Positions 22,994-34,349 of a stretch of 64,000 nucleotides of DNA are shown in pieces. Source of the stretch: Malacoraja senta (Eukaryota); NCBI GenBank assembly GCA_038087875.1, contig CM075996.1, positions 8,868,001 to 8,932,000 of the forward strand. Direction: 5' to 3'. Numbering within the stretch: the first letter of the stretch is position 1; each line of letters opens with the position of its first letter. A program made the translations under genes and the position numbers. The notes under the pieces were generated by a model, which was not told the DNA's origin, searched no databases, and saw only the letters and a list, made by a program, of their open reading frames with translations.

Positions 22994-24854
22994 AAGCGGA
23001 GGCTTGGCGATCGTTTCGCCGAACACCGCAATAACCGTTTCGTCGGTCCGCAATAACCAACCTGAACTCCCAGTGGCTCAGCACTTCAACTCCCCCTCCC
23101 ATTCCGTATCTGACCTCTCTGTCCTGGGTCTCCTCCATGGCCACAGCGAGCAACACCGGAAATTGGAGGAAATGCACCTCATATTCCGCTTGGGTAGTCT
23201 ACATCCTGGGGGCTTGAACATTGAATTCTCCCAATTCTGCTAGCCCTTGCTGTCCCCTCCCCTTCATCAGCCCTCTGGTTGTCTCCTCCCCTCCCCCAGC
23301 CCTCGGGCTCCTCCTCCGCCTATTTTCCTTTCTTCTCCCCACCCCCTATCAGTGTGAAGAAGTGTTTCGGCCCGAAACGTTGCCTATTTCCTTCGCTTCA
23401 TAGATGCTGCTGCACCCGCTGAGTTTCTCCAGCATTTTTGTGTAGATTCCTGTTTGCCAGCCAGTTCTCTATCCACATCAATATTGAACCCCCAATACCG
23501 TGTGCTTTAAGTTTGTATACTAATCTCTTATGTGGGACCTTGTCGAAAGCCTTCTGAAAGTCCAGATATAACACATCCATTGGTTCTCCCTTATCCACTC
23601 TACTAGTTACATCCTCGAAAAATTCTATAAGATTCGTCAGACATGATTTACCTTTTGTAAATCCATGCTGACTTTGTCCAATGATTTCACCACTTTCCAA
23701 ATGTGCTGCTATCCCATCTTTAATAACTGACTCTAGCAGTTTCCCCACTACCGATGTTAGACTAACTGGTCTGTAATTCCCTGTTTTCTCTCTCCCTCCC
23801 TTTTTAAAAAGTGGGGTTACATTAGCTACCCTCCAATCCTCAGGTACTACTCCAGAATCTAAAGAGTTTTGAAAAATTATCACTAATGCATCCACTATTT
23901 CTGGGGCTACTTCCTTAAGTACTCTGGGATGCAGTCTATCTGGCCCTGGGGATTTATCGGCCTTTAATCCATTCAATTTACGTAACACCACTTCCCGGCT
24001 AACCTGGATTTCATTCAGTTCCTCCATCTCATTTGACCCGCGGTCCCCTGCTATTTCCAGCAGATTATTTATGTCTTCCTCAGTGAAGACAGAACGAAAG
24101 TAGTTATTCAATTGGTCTGCCATGTCCTTGTTCCCCATGATCAATTCACCTGTTTCTGACTGCAAGGGACCTACATTTGTTTTAACTAATCTTTTTCTCT
24201 TCGCATATCTATAAAAACTTTTGCAGTCAGTTTTTATGTTCCCTGCCAGTTTTCTTTCATAATCTATTTTCCCTTTCCTAATTAAGCCCTTTGTCCTCCT
24301 CTGCTGGACTCTGAATTTCTCCCAGTCCTCTGGTAGGCTACTTTTTCTGGCTAATTTGTACGCTTCATCTTTTGTTTTTATACTATCCCTGATTTCCCTT
24401 GTTATCCACGGATGCACTACCTTCCCTGATTTATTCTTTTTGCCAAACTGGAATGAACAATTATTGTAGTTCATCCATGCAGTCTTAAAATGCCCTCCAT
24501 TGCATATCCACCGTCAACCCTTTAAGAATCAATTGCCAGTCTATCTTGGCCAATTCACGTCTCATACCCTCAAAGTTACCTTTCTTTAGGTTCAGAACCC
24601 TTGTTTCTGAATTAACAATGTCACTCTCCATCCTAATGAAGAACTCAACCATATTATGGTCACTCTTGCCCAAGGGGCCACGCACAACAAGACTGCTAAC
24701 CAACCCTTCCTCATTACTCAATACCCAGTCTAGAATAGCCTACTCTCTCGTTGGTTCCTCTACATGTTGGTTTAGAAAACTATCCCGCATACATTCCAAG
24801 AAATCCTCTTCCTCAGCACCCCTGCCAATTTGATTCACCCAATCTATATATAGA

Positions 24855-25521
24855 TAGAAACATAGAAACATAGAAAATAGGTGCAGGAGTAGGCCATTCG
24901 GCCCTTCAAGCCTGCACCGCCATTCAATATGATCATGGCTGATCATCCAACTCAGTATCCTGTACCTGCCTTCATCTCCATACCCCCTGATCCCTTTAGC
25001 CACAAGGGCCACATCTAACTCCCTCTTAAATATAGCCAATGAACTGGCCTCAACTACCTTCTGTGGCAGAGAATTCCACAGATTCACCACTTTCTGTGTG
25101 AAAAATGATTTTCTCATCTCGGTCCTAAGACTTGCCCCTTATCCTTAAACTGTGACCCCTTGTTCTGGACTTCCCCAACATCGGGAACAATCTTCCTTCA
25201 TCTAACCTGTCCAACCCCTTAAGAATCTTGTAAGTTTCTATAAGATGCCCCCTCAATCTTCTAAATTCTAGCGAGTACAAGCCGAGTCTATCCAGTCTTT
25301 CTTCATATGAAATTCCTGCCATCCCAGGAATCAGTCTGGTGAACCTTCTCTGTACTCCCTCTATGGCAAGAATGTCTTTCCTCAGATTCGGTGACCAAAA
25401 CTGTATGCAATACTCCAGGTGTGGTCTCACCAAGACCCTGTACAACTGCAGTAGAACCTCCCTGCTCTTATACTCAAATCCTTTTGCTATGAATGCTAAC
25501 ATACCATTCGCTTTCTTCACT
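24855..25521 (-). mobile_element. 5'-truncated CR1 inserted into the large CR1
   Basis: Second copy of the 3' ORF2 and tail inside the APE-RT linker. Confidence 0.88.
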
Positions 25522-26755
25522 TATTCACTTCAGATTGAAGTCACCCATTATAACTGATTTACCTTTGTTGCACGCATTTCTAATTTCCTGTTTGATGCCA
25601 TCCCCAACTTCACTACTACTGTTAGGTGGCCTGTACACAACACCCACTAGCGTTTTCTGCCCCTTAGTGTTTCGCAGCTCTACCCATATCGATTCCACAT
25701 CTTCCAAGCTAATGTCCTTCCTTTCTATTGCATTAATCTCCTCTCTAACCAGCAACGCTACCCCACCTCCTTTTCCTTTCTGTCTATCCTTCCTGAATAT
25801 TGAATATCCCTGGATGTTCAGCTCCCAGCCTTGGTCACCCTGGAGCCATGTCTCCGTGATCCCAACTATATCATAATCATTAATAGCTATCTGCACATTC
25901 AACTCATCCACCTTATTACGAATGCTCCTTGCATTGAGACACAAAGCCTTCAGGCTTGTTTTTACAACGCTCTTACCCCTTATACAATTATGTTGAAAAG
26001 TGGGCCTTTTTGATTTTTGCCCTGGATTTGTCTGCCTGCCACTTTAACTTTTCACCTTGCTACCTATTGCTTCTACCCTCATTTTACACCCCTCTGTCTC
26101 TCTGCTCACACATTTAAGAAACCCACCACCTCTTATTCTCTGTTTATCATTTTTTTCTTCTTCCCCCCTACATGTTGGGTCTGAGTGCTTCCCTTCTCTG
26201 CCTCCTGCCTCACACACTGTCTACTAGCTTTCTCTATTTGAGTCCCTCACCCCAACCATTCTAGTTTAAAGTCTCCGCAGTAGCCTTTGCAAATCTCCCC
26301 GCCAGGATATTGGTTCCCCTCAGGTTCAAGTGCAACCCATCCTTTTTGTACAGGTCACACCTTCCCCAAAAGAGGTCCCAATGATCCAGAAATTTGAATC
26401 CCTGCCTTCTGCACCAGTCCTTCAGCCACGCATTTATCCTCCACCTCGCTCCATTCCTACTCTCACTGTCGCGTGGCACAGGCAGTAATCCTGAGATTGT
26501 TGCCTTCTCCTTAACTCTCCTCCTAACTCCCTAATTTCTCCTTTCAGGACCTCTTCTCTTTTTCTACCTATGTCATTGGTACCTATATGTACCACGACCT
26601 CGGGCTCCTCTCCCTCCCATTTCAGGATATCTTGGACACATTGAGACACTTCCCAGACCCAACAGGACAAAAGAAAAAAAAAAAAAAGAAAAGACAGACA
26701 GACTGCAGGCGAGCCGCAGCTGCTTGGCAGCGCCGCCACTTCCGGAGATAACCAC

Positions 26756-26903
26756 TGTGTGTTTGTAGGTGTGTGTGTAGATGTGTGTGCGTGTGTGTGC
26801 ATACATGTGTGTGTGTGCGTGCGTGTGTGTGTGGGTGTGTGTGTGTGTGTGCGCGTACGTGCTTCTGTGTGTGTGTGCGTGTGTGTGTGGGTGTGTGTGT
26901 GTG

Positions 26904-26936
<33 letters not shown>

Positions 26937-27745
26937 GCACGTGCTTCTGTGTGTGTGTGTGCGTGCGTGTGTGTGTAGGTGTGTGTGTGTGTGCGCGCGC
27001 GCGTGCTTCTGTGTGTGTGTGTGTGCGTGCGTGTGTGTGTAGGTGTGTGTGTGTGTGCGCGCGCGTGCTTCTGTGTGTGTGTGTGCGTGCGTGTGTGTGT
27101 AGGTGTGTGTGTGTGTGCGCGCGCGTGCTTCTGTGTGTGTGTGTGTGCGTGCGTGTGTGTGTAGGTGTGTGTGTGTGTGCGCGCGCGTGCTTCTGTGTGT
27201 GTGTGTGCGTGCGTGTGTGTGTAGGTGTGTGTGCATACATCTGTGTGTGTGCATACATGTGTGTGTGTGCGTGTGTGTGTGTGCGCGCGCGTGCTTCTGT
27301 GTGTGTGTGTGCGTGCGTGTGTGTGTAGGTGTGTGTGCGCGTGCGTGCTTCTGTGTGTGTGTGTGCGTGCGTGTGTGTGTAGGTGTGTGTGTGTGTGCGT
27401 GTGCGTGCTTCTGTGTGTGTGTGTGTGTGCGTGCGTGTGTGCGCGCGCGCGTGCTTCTGTGTGTGTGTGTGTGCGTGCGTGCGTGTGTAGGTGTGTGTGT
27501 GTGTGCGTGCGCGTGCTTCTGTGTGTGTGTGTGCGTGCGTGTGTGTGTGGGTGTGTGTGTGTGTGCGCGCGCGTGCTTCTGTGTGTGTGTGTGCGTGTGT
27601 GTGTGCGTGCGTGTGTGTGTGCGCGCGCGTGCTTCTGTGTGTGTGTGTGCGTGCGTGTGTGTGTAGGTGTGTGTGTGTGTGCGCGCGCGTGCTTCTGTGT
27701 GTGTGTGTGCGTGCGTGTGTGTGTGGGTGTGTGTGTGAGTGTGAG
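26756..27745. repeat. (GT/GC)n array with a ~40-50 bp higher-order unit
   Basis: Recurring unit GCGCGCGTGCTTCT(GT)nGCGTGC(GT)nAG. Confidence 0.95.
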
Positions 27746-27875
27746 TGAGGAGATGCTGTGTGATACCAATGGAAGAGGCAGGTGTTTTCACAGGTACTTT
27801 ACTCTGCCGGTATCAGGTACAGTTGGTGCCAGCGTTGTGCTGAGATGACCCCCTGTGCTGAGCGGGGCTACTGCA

Positions 27876-27969
27876 CTAAGGTTGCAGCAGATTCATCTTC
27901 AACTCCTTCAGTTTCAGCAGGTTCCGACGTCCAGCGTTAATCACCTCGCGGTACGTGGGAGCATCATCT
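27876..27969 (-). CDS. FAM227A: FAM227A-like terminal coding exon (P-DDAPTYREVINAGRRNLLKLKELKMNLLQP*)
   Basis: Follows the AC acceptor of the U12 intron, carries the FAM227 PTY..VI motif, TAG stop at 27878-27876. Confidence 0.82.
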
Positions 27970-29563
27970 GTAAGTCCAGTGTCAAGAGAAAGTGCAGGAA
28001 AGGTGACGTTTTAAATGATTCCTCCTGGACAGAACAAGGCTTGCCCTCCTGCTGACAATGTCCCAGTGCCCCCATAGACCTGGATTGCTCCCGACCTGCC
28101 CTTGCCATGGAGCTGGTGTACCTTCCACCAAACAGCGTTCCTTAAAACAGGCGGTGGACCGGGACAATCTTCACCTCAAATTAAATCAGCCACTTGAAGC
28201 ACAGATGGGTAAGGTAAGCAGAGGAGTTGCCATACCAGGCTGAGGTGCATCCCGTCACAATCATTTCTATAGCGCATTCCTATCAAATGTACTGTCTCTA
28301 CAGCAGCTCCGTTTATGAGGTTAGGCTGTTCTCTCCGGGTGCTCCGGTTTCCTCCCACACTCCAAAGACGTACAGGTTTGTAGGTTAATTGGCTTGGTAT
28401 AATTGTAAATCATCCCTCGTGTGTGTAGGATAGTGTTAGTGTGCGGGGATCGCTGGTCGGCGCAGACTTGGTGGGCTAAAGGGCTTGTTTCCGCGCTGTG
28501 TCTCTAAACTGAACTAATACTAAGAGCCTGCGGCGAAGGCCGCGGATGGCAACAGGGTCAATAAACTCATCAGGAAGGCTGGCTCCGTCCTGGGGGCGGA
28601 GTTGGATTGATGGGAGGTGGTCTTGGAGGGGAGGATGCTCCTCAAACTGCGGAGCATCCTGGACAATACAGCTCACCCCCTCCATGACACGCTGGTCAAC
28701 CTGAGGAGCACCTTCAGCAACAGACTGGTTCCACCAAGATGCAGCACAGAACGCCACAGGAGATCCTTCTTCCCTGTGGCTATCAAACTGTACAACTCCT
28801 CCCCAATCCTGGACTTTCCACTCGTCACTTTAATTTCATGTTTCATGGATCTTGTTGTGTTTTATGACTGTTGGCAGACCAATTTCCCCCCTGGGATAAA
28901 GAAAGTTCCATCGTATCGTATCGTATCGAGCAGAAGATTGCCTTGCTGAAACCCAGCGTCTTGCAGGTGTTCACTGTTTTGCAGTGAAGAGCACAATCCC
29001 ACAGGGAAAGGAACTGAGGAAGGACATTATAGCCATAGAGGGAGTGCAGAGAAGGTTCACCAGACTGATTCCTGGGATGTCAGGACTTTCATATGAAGAA
29101 AGACTGGATAGACTTGGCTTATACTCGCTAGAATTTAGAAGATTGAGGGGGGATCTTATAGAAACGTACAAAATTCTTATGGGGTTGGACAGGCTAGATG
29201 CAGGGAGATTGTTCCCGATGTTGGGGAAGTCCAGGACAAGGGGTCACAGCTTAAGGATAAGGGGGAAATCCTTTAAGACCGAGATGAGGAAAAACTTTTT
29301 CACACAGAGAGTGGTGAATCTCTGGAACTCTCTGCCACAGAGGGTAGTTGAGGCCAGTTCATTGGCTATATTTAAGAGGGAGTTAGATGTGGCCCTTGTG
29401 GCTAAAGGGATCGGGGGTATGGAGAGAAGGCAGGTACGGGATACTGAGTTGGATGATCAGCCATGATCATATTGAATGGCGATGCAGGCTCGAAGGGCCG
29501 AATGGCCTACTCCTGCACCTATTTTCTATGTATCTATGTATCTATGAACCAATAAAAGGATAT
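27970..29563 (-). other. FAM227A: U12-type (minor spliceosome) AT-AC intron, 1594 nt
   Basis: Starts ATATCCTTT, branch-like TTCTCTTGAC with its A 12 nt from the end, ends TTAC. Splicing gives CC|A (Pro) and the continuous frame RFPPDDAPTY. Confidence 0.88.
29013..29546 (+). mobile_element. CR1 3' fragment
   Basis: IEGVQRRFTRLIPG..FFTQRVVNLWN, tail (TATCTATG)n. Confidence 0.9.
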
Positions 29564-29721
29564 GGTGGAAAGCGCTGGATCTCTGTTCTGGTCACAAAGA
29601 TGTTTTCTCCAGCATGTGGCTCCAATTTCTGACCTTGAAGGAAGTTGAGAACGAGAGGACTGAAGCCAAACAAATTGTACAAGTTCTTCATGAAATCAGG
29701 CCCTCGTCTGGCTACAGGCGG
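29564..29721 (-). CDS. FAM227A: FAM227A-like exon (PPVARRGPDFMKNLYNLFGFSPLVLNFLQGQKLEPHAGENIFVTRTEIQRFP-P)
   Basis: Strong acceptor, 158 nt. Matches the recalled FAM227 motif P....NLFN.YG.SPL...FL. Ends at a U12-type ATATCCTTT donor. Confidence 0.88.
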
Positions 29722-29864
29722 CTGGGGGAAAGAAGAGTTTATTCAAACTTGCGCGTGTGTCTGTCAGTACCCTCTCTCCCCACCTCTGGAACTGCTAGTA
29801 CACTCCACTCCCAATCCCTGGGGTACTCATACCATCCCTCTGGAGCTGTGGGACTTACGGTGAA

Positions 29865-30416
29865 TAGACAATAGACAATAGGTGCAGGAGTAGGCCATTT
29901 GGCCCTTCGATGTGATCATGGCTGGTCATCCCCAATCAGGACCCCGTTCCTGCCTTCTCCCCATATCCCCTAACTCCGCTATCTTTAAGAGCCCTATCTA
30001 GCTCTCTCTTGAAAGTATCCAGAGAACCGGCCTCCACCGCCCTCTGAGGCAGAGAATTCCACAGACTCACAACTCTCTGTGAGAAAAAGTGTTTGCTCGT
30101 CTCCGTTCTAAATGGCTTACCCCTTATTCTTAAACTGTGGCCCCTGGTTCTGGACTCCCCCAACATTGGGAACATGTTTCCTGCCTCTAGCGTGTCCAAG
30201 CCCTTAACAATCTTATATGTTTCAATAAGATTCCCTCTCATCCTTCTAAACTCCAGAGTATACAAGCCCAGCCGCTCCATTCTCTCAGCATATGACAGTC
30301 CCGCCATCCCGGGAATTAACCCTGTAAACCTACGCTGCACTCCTTCAATAGCAAGAATGTCCTTCCTCAAATTAGGGGACCAAAACGGCACACAATACTT
30401 CAGGCATGGTCTCACT
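29865..30416 (-). mobile_element. CR1 3' fragment
   Basis: ORF2 C-terminus and tail. Confidence 0.9.
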
Positions 30417-30484
30417 CTTGAAAAACACTCTTGAGGCTGCTGAGAAGGATGATGAGCTGAATGACAAGGTACCCACAATGTTCA

Positions 30485-30880
30485 TCATCGTCTCCGTGGA
30501 TTGTCACCTTGCCGTGGTGGAGAAGCTTGTGTGGACCTGAGATCCTGAGAGCGATGCCGTCTGGAGCTATGCTCCTGGTAGGGCCACCCATGGCGGTAAG
30601 GTCGAGGGGGAGGTCTCTGACAAAGAGCAATCCAACCAAGACCTCAACGGTGGAACAGGCGGAGGACGATGGCTGACTTTAGTGGAGCGTTACAACGGCT
30701 GGGAAGGCGGATGAAGGCTGCAGCAGAAAAGGGTCTCCGGTCGTCTTGGACTCCAAGCCACTGGATCCTGACCCAGATCTGTCAAGGACTGTGGGGTGGC
30801 CGTCTGTGCACCAGTCTCCCCACGTTAAACAAAGTCACGCACAGGCGTCCTCCATATAGGGAATAGTACCATGGAGACAC
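30485..30880 (+). mobile_element. RTE-clade 5'UTR-like fragment
   Basis: TCACCTTGCCGTGGTGGAG..CTGGTAGGGCCACCCATGGC resembles recalled fish RTE/Expander 5' ends. Confidence 0.5.
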
Positions 30881-30914
30881 CCAGGGTCAGCCACTCTAAG
30901 AGCTACTCTGAGGT

Positions 30915-31600
30915 CTGAAGATCTAGGAGCGCAGGTGCATGGTTCCTTGAAGGTGGCGTCACAGGTAGATGGGGTGGTCAAAAAGGCTTTTGGCACATTG
31001 GCGTTCACCAGTCAGAGTATTGAGTACAGAAGTTGGGAGGTCATGTTGCAGTCACGTAAGACGTTGGTAAGTCCACAATTAAAGTATTGTGTTCAGTTCT
31101 GGGCAAAATGTTAAAGGAAAGATGTTAAGTTGGAAAGGGTGCAGAGAGGATTTACAAAGATGTTGCCACAACTCGAGGGTCTGCTATATAGGGAGAGGTT
31201 CAGCAGGCTGGGACTCTTATTCCCTGGAGCATAGGAGGATGAGGGGTGATCTTTTAGAGGTGTATAAAATCATGGGAGGATTAGTTCGAGTAGTCTCTTG
31301 CCCAGAGCAGGGAAATCGAGAACCAGAGGGCATAGGTTGAAAAGATGAAGGGGAAAAGATTTAATAGGAATCTGAGGGGTAACATTTTCACACAAAGGGT
31401 GGTGGGTGTATGGAACGAGCTGCCGGACGAGGTAGTTGAGGCTGGGACTATCCCAACTCTTAAGAAACATTTAGACAGGTACTTGGATAGAACAGGTTTA
31501 GAGGAATATGGGCCAAATGCAGGCTGGTGGTACTAGAGTAGATGGGACATGTTGGTCAGTGTGGGCAAGTTGGGCAAAAGGGTGCGGAGTTGATCGCTGG
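30915..31600 (+). mobile_element. Older CR1 3' fragment
   Basis: Frameshifted ORF2 C-terminus (RGNIFTQRVVGVWNELP). Confidence 0.85.
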
Positions 31601-31752
31601 ATGGCATGGACTAAAGTCATTCCCTCCACAGATGCTGCCTGAGCCGCTGAGTTCCTCCAGCACTTTTGTTTTTTGAGGTTCCAGCATCTGCAGTTCCTTG
31701 TGTCTCTAATAAAAACGGCTTGTTGGGTGTTTATGAAAACGTTTCTATTTTA

Positions 31753-32900
31753 AGGGCCCGTCCCATTTTCCCGAGTTATTCACGAATTCTCCTGAGTTTT
31801 CCCCTTGATTCAAACTCGCGGAATGTTCATAACATAGAAACATAAAAAATAGGTGCAGGAGGAGGCCATTCGGCCCTTCGCGCCAGCACCGCCATTCATT
31901 GTGATCATGGCTGATCGTCCCCTATCAATAACCCGTGCCTGCCTTCTCCCCATATCCCTTGACTCCACTAGCCCCTAGAGCTCTATCTAACTCTCTCTTA
32001 AATCCATCCAGTGACTTGGCCTCCACTGCCCTCTGTGGCAGGGAATTCCACAAATTCACAACTCTCTGGGTGAAAAAGTTTTTTCTCACCTCAGTCTTAA
32101 ATGACCTCCCCTTTATTCTAAGACTGTGGCCCCTGGTTCTGGAATCGCCCAACATTGGGAACATTTTTCCTGCATCTAGCTTGTCCAGTCCTTTTATAAT
32201 TTTATATGTTTCTATAAGATCCCCCTCATCCTTCTAAACTCCAATGAATACAAGCCTAGTCTTTTCAATCTTTCCTCATATGACAGTCCCGCCATCCCAG
32301 GGATCAATCCCGTGAACCTACGCTGCACTGCCTCAATCACAAGGATGTCCTTCTTCAAATTCGGAGACCAAAACTGTACACAATACTCCAGATGTGGTCT
32401 CACCAGAGCCCTATACAACTGCAGAAGAACCTCTTTACTCCTATACTGAATTCCTCTTGTTATGAAGGCCAACATTCCATTAGCTTTCTTCACTGCCTGC
32501 TGTACCTGTAAGTCAACTTTCAGTGACCGGTGTACAAGGACACCCAGGTCTCGTTGCACCTCCCCCTTACCTAACCTAACGAGTCCGTAGATACATCGTA
32601 GCGGCTCGTTATGCCAGCCGTAGGTACTCGTGGCATCAAGTAAGTCGGGACGTTTTTTCTAGCCCGATAAAAAATGTCCACGAGTAACAAAATGGTGGGG
32701 ATGAAAGAAATTGCAACTTTTTACTCGCAAGGAGGGCATTGAAATAGTCGTGGGAATTCGTAGACATACTCGTAGGAGTTCGTGAACATAGTCGTGGAAG
32801 GTCGTAGGAGTTCATAGATTACCACCATCTTGATTTTTTTTTTAGGTCCTTTAAACTCGGCAGAGGTTTTGAATTAAGTCGTGAAAGTGGGACAGGCCCT
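31753..32900. mobile_element. PIF/Harbinger-type MITE with a nested CR1 3' fragment (31833-32580, minus)
   Basis: TIRs AGGGCCCGTCCCATT / AGTGGGACAGGCCCT, TTA TSD. Confidence 0.85.
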
Positions 32901-33059
32901 TTACTGTTCTGCTCTGGCTGGAAGAGGAATGCCGGCTGGACTGGTAACGAGGAGGAGGAAGCGTGATGACGGTTCTAGGATGCCACTGGTCCTCAATAGC
33001 AATATCTGAGAGCACATGTGGAGGGAGCTGCGGTGCGGAGTGTGCTCCGGTGGCCTCAC

Positions 33060-33130
33060 CTCTGTCGGCAGGGAAACGCGGCTGATTCTGTAGCTCTTCT
33101 CCGTCTTGCTGCTTGCTGCTGGGAGTCTGG
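33060..33130 (-). CDS. FAM227A: FAM227A-like internal exon (RLPAASSKTEKSYRISRVSLPTE)
   Basis: TTCCCTTGTAG acceptor, GTGAGG donor, 71 nt, phase 1 to 0. Confidence 0.7.
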
Positions 33131-33329
33131 CTACAAGGGAATGAATCACAGGATAGTGGAAAGATTACAGCCCGGGCGTCAAACCCTCACCAGCTTCTCT
33201 ACCGGAGCACACACTGGAACCACCCCAAGACCAACACAAAGTGGCGCATAATTGTGAAGTGGAAGGAAAATGATACAGAAAGGTCAGTATGGGAATGGTC
33301 AGAGGAGTTCAAATGGTTAGCAACTGGGA

Positions 33330-33880
33330 GATTTTGGTCTCCAAATCTGAGGAAGGACATTATAGCCATAGAGGGAGTGCAGAGAAGGTTCACCAGACTG
33401 ATTCCTGGGATGTCAGGACTTTCATATGAAGAAAGACTGGATAGACTTGGATTATACTCGCTAGAATTTAGGAGATTGAGAGGGGATCTTATAGAAACGT
33501 ACAAAATTCTTATGGGGTTGGACAGGCTAGATGCAGGAAGATTGTTCCCGATGTTGGGGAAGTCCAGGACAAGGGGTCACAGCTTAAGGATAAGGGGGAA
33601 ATCCTTTAAGACCGAGATGAGGAAAAACTTTTTCACACAGAGAGTGGTGAATCTCTGGAACTCTCTGCCACAGAGGGTAGTTGACGCCAGTTCATTGGCT
33701 ATATTTAAGAGGGAGTTAGATGTGGCCCTTGTGGCTAAAGGGATCAGGGGGTATGGAGAGAAGGCAGGTACGGGATACTGAGTTGGATGATCAGCCATGA
33801 TCATATTGAATGGCGGTGCAGGCTCGAAGGGCCGAATGGCCTACTCCTGCACCTATTTTCTATGTATCTATGTATCTATG
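33330..33880 (+). mobile_element. CR1 3' fragment
   Basis: Near-identical to 29013-29546. Confidence 0.9.
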
Positions 33881-34349
33881 TCACGGTTGCCAAGTCTACG
33901 CTTAGTCTCGCCAATGAAACGAACACTCTCACCACTTTGGGAACACTTGAGGCAGTAGATGAGGTTAGAGGGGGTGCATGTGAACTGCTGCCTCACCTGG
34001 ATTGACTGCTGGGGTCCCTGGATGGATGTGAGGGAGGAGATATGGACCATGAGGATGTTGATGGTGGGAATCTCAGCAATGGGTTCAGGTGTCCTTGATC
34101 GATGGCTGGACTCTCCCTTTGGAGATGGTCACGTCTTGGTACATTTATGCCATGAATTGTCCTTGCCAGTTATTAGTCCATGCCCGATTGCTGCCAGGTT
34201 TCACTGGTTGGAGCAGGGAATTGACACCTCAGTGGTATAACATGGGAGACTGCTGAATAATGGATGCTCCTTTAAAGTGAAACTTAGACATGAATAAGGT
34301 TTATATAAATACAATGGAATGATATATGTAATCAGGACTGATGTGTTAA

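Larger units (their letters stand above)
12731..23445 (+). mobile_element. Penelope-like element (GIY-YIG endonuclease fragment between pseudo-LTR pieces), split by the provirus
   Basis: FTCISSNLIYCIRCSRCQLIYIGETK|RRLGDRFAEH is rejoined exactly when the provirus and one AAGC are removed. Also PVAQHFNSPSH and LGSLHPGGLNIEF. pLTR pieces at 12731-12785 and 23350-23445. Confidence 0.92.
11660..26645 (-). mobile_element. Near full-length CR1 LINE (ORF1 esterase fragment, APE, RT, 3' tail), interrupted at 12731-23446 and 24855-25521
   Basis: [57 protein letters not shown], tail (CATAGAAA)n at 11660. The sequence is continuous across the Penelope insertion. Confidence 0.92.

Noticed and set aside
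26434..27848. Several long HT/CV-rich ORFs
   Set aside because: Translations of simple repeats.
33113..33781. 222-aa ORF
   Set aside because: Chance fusion of unique, Penelope and CR1 sequence.
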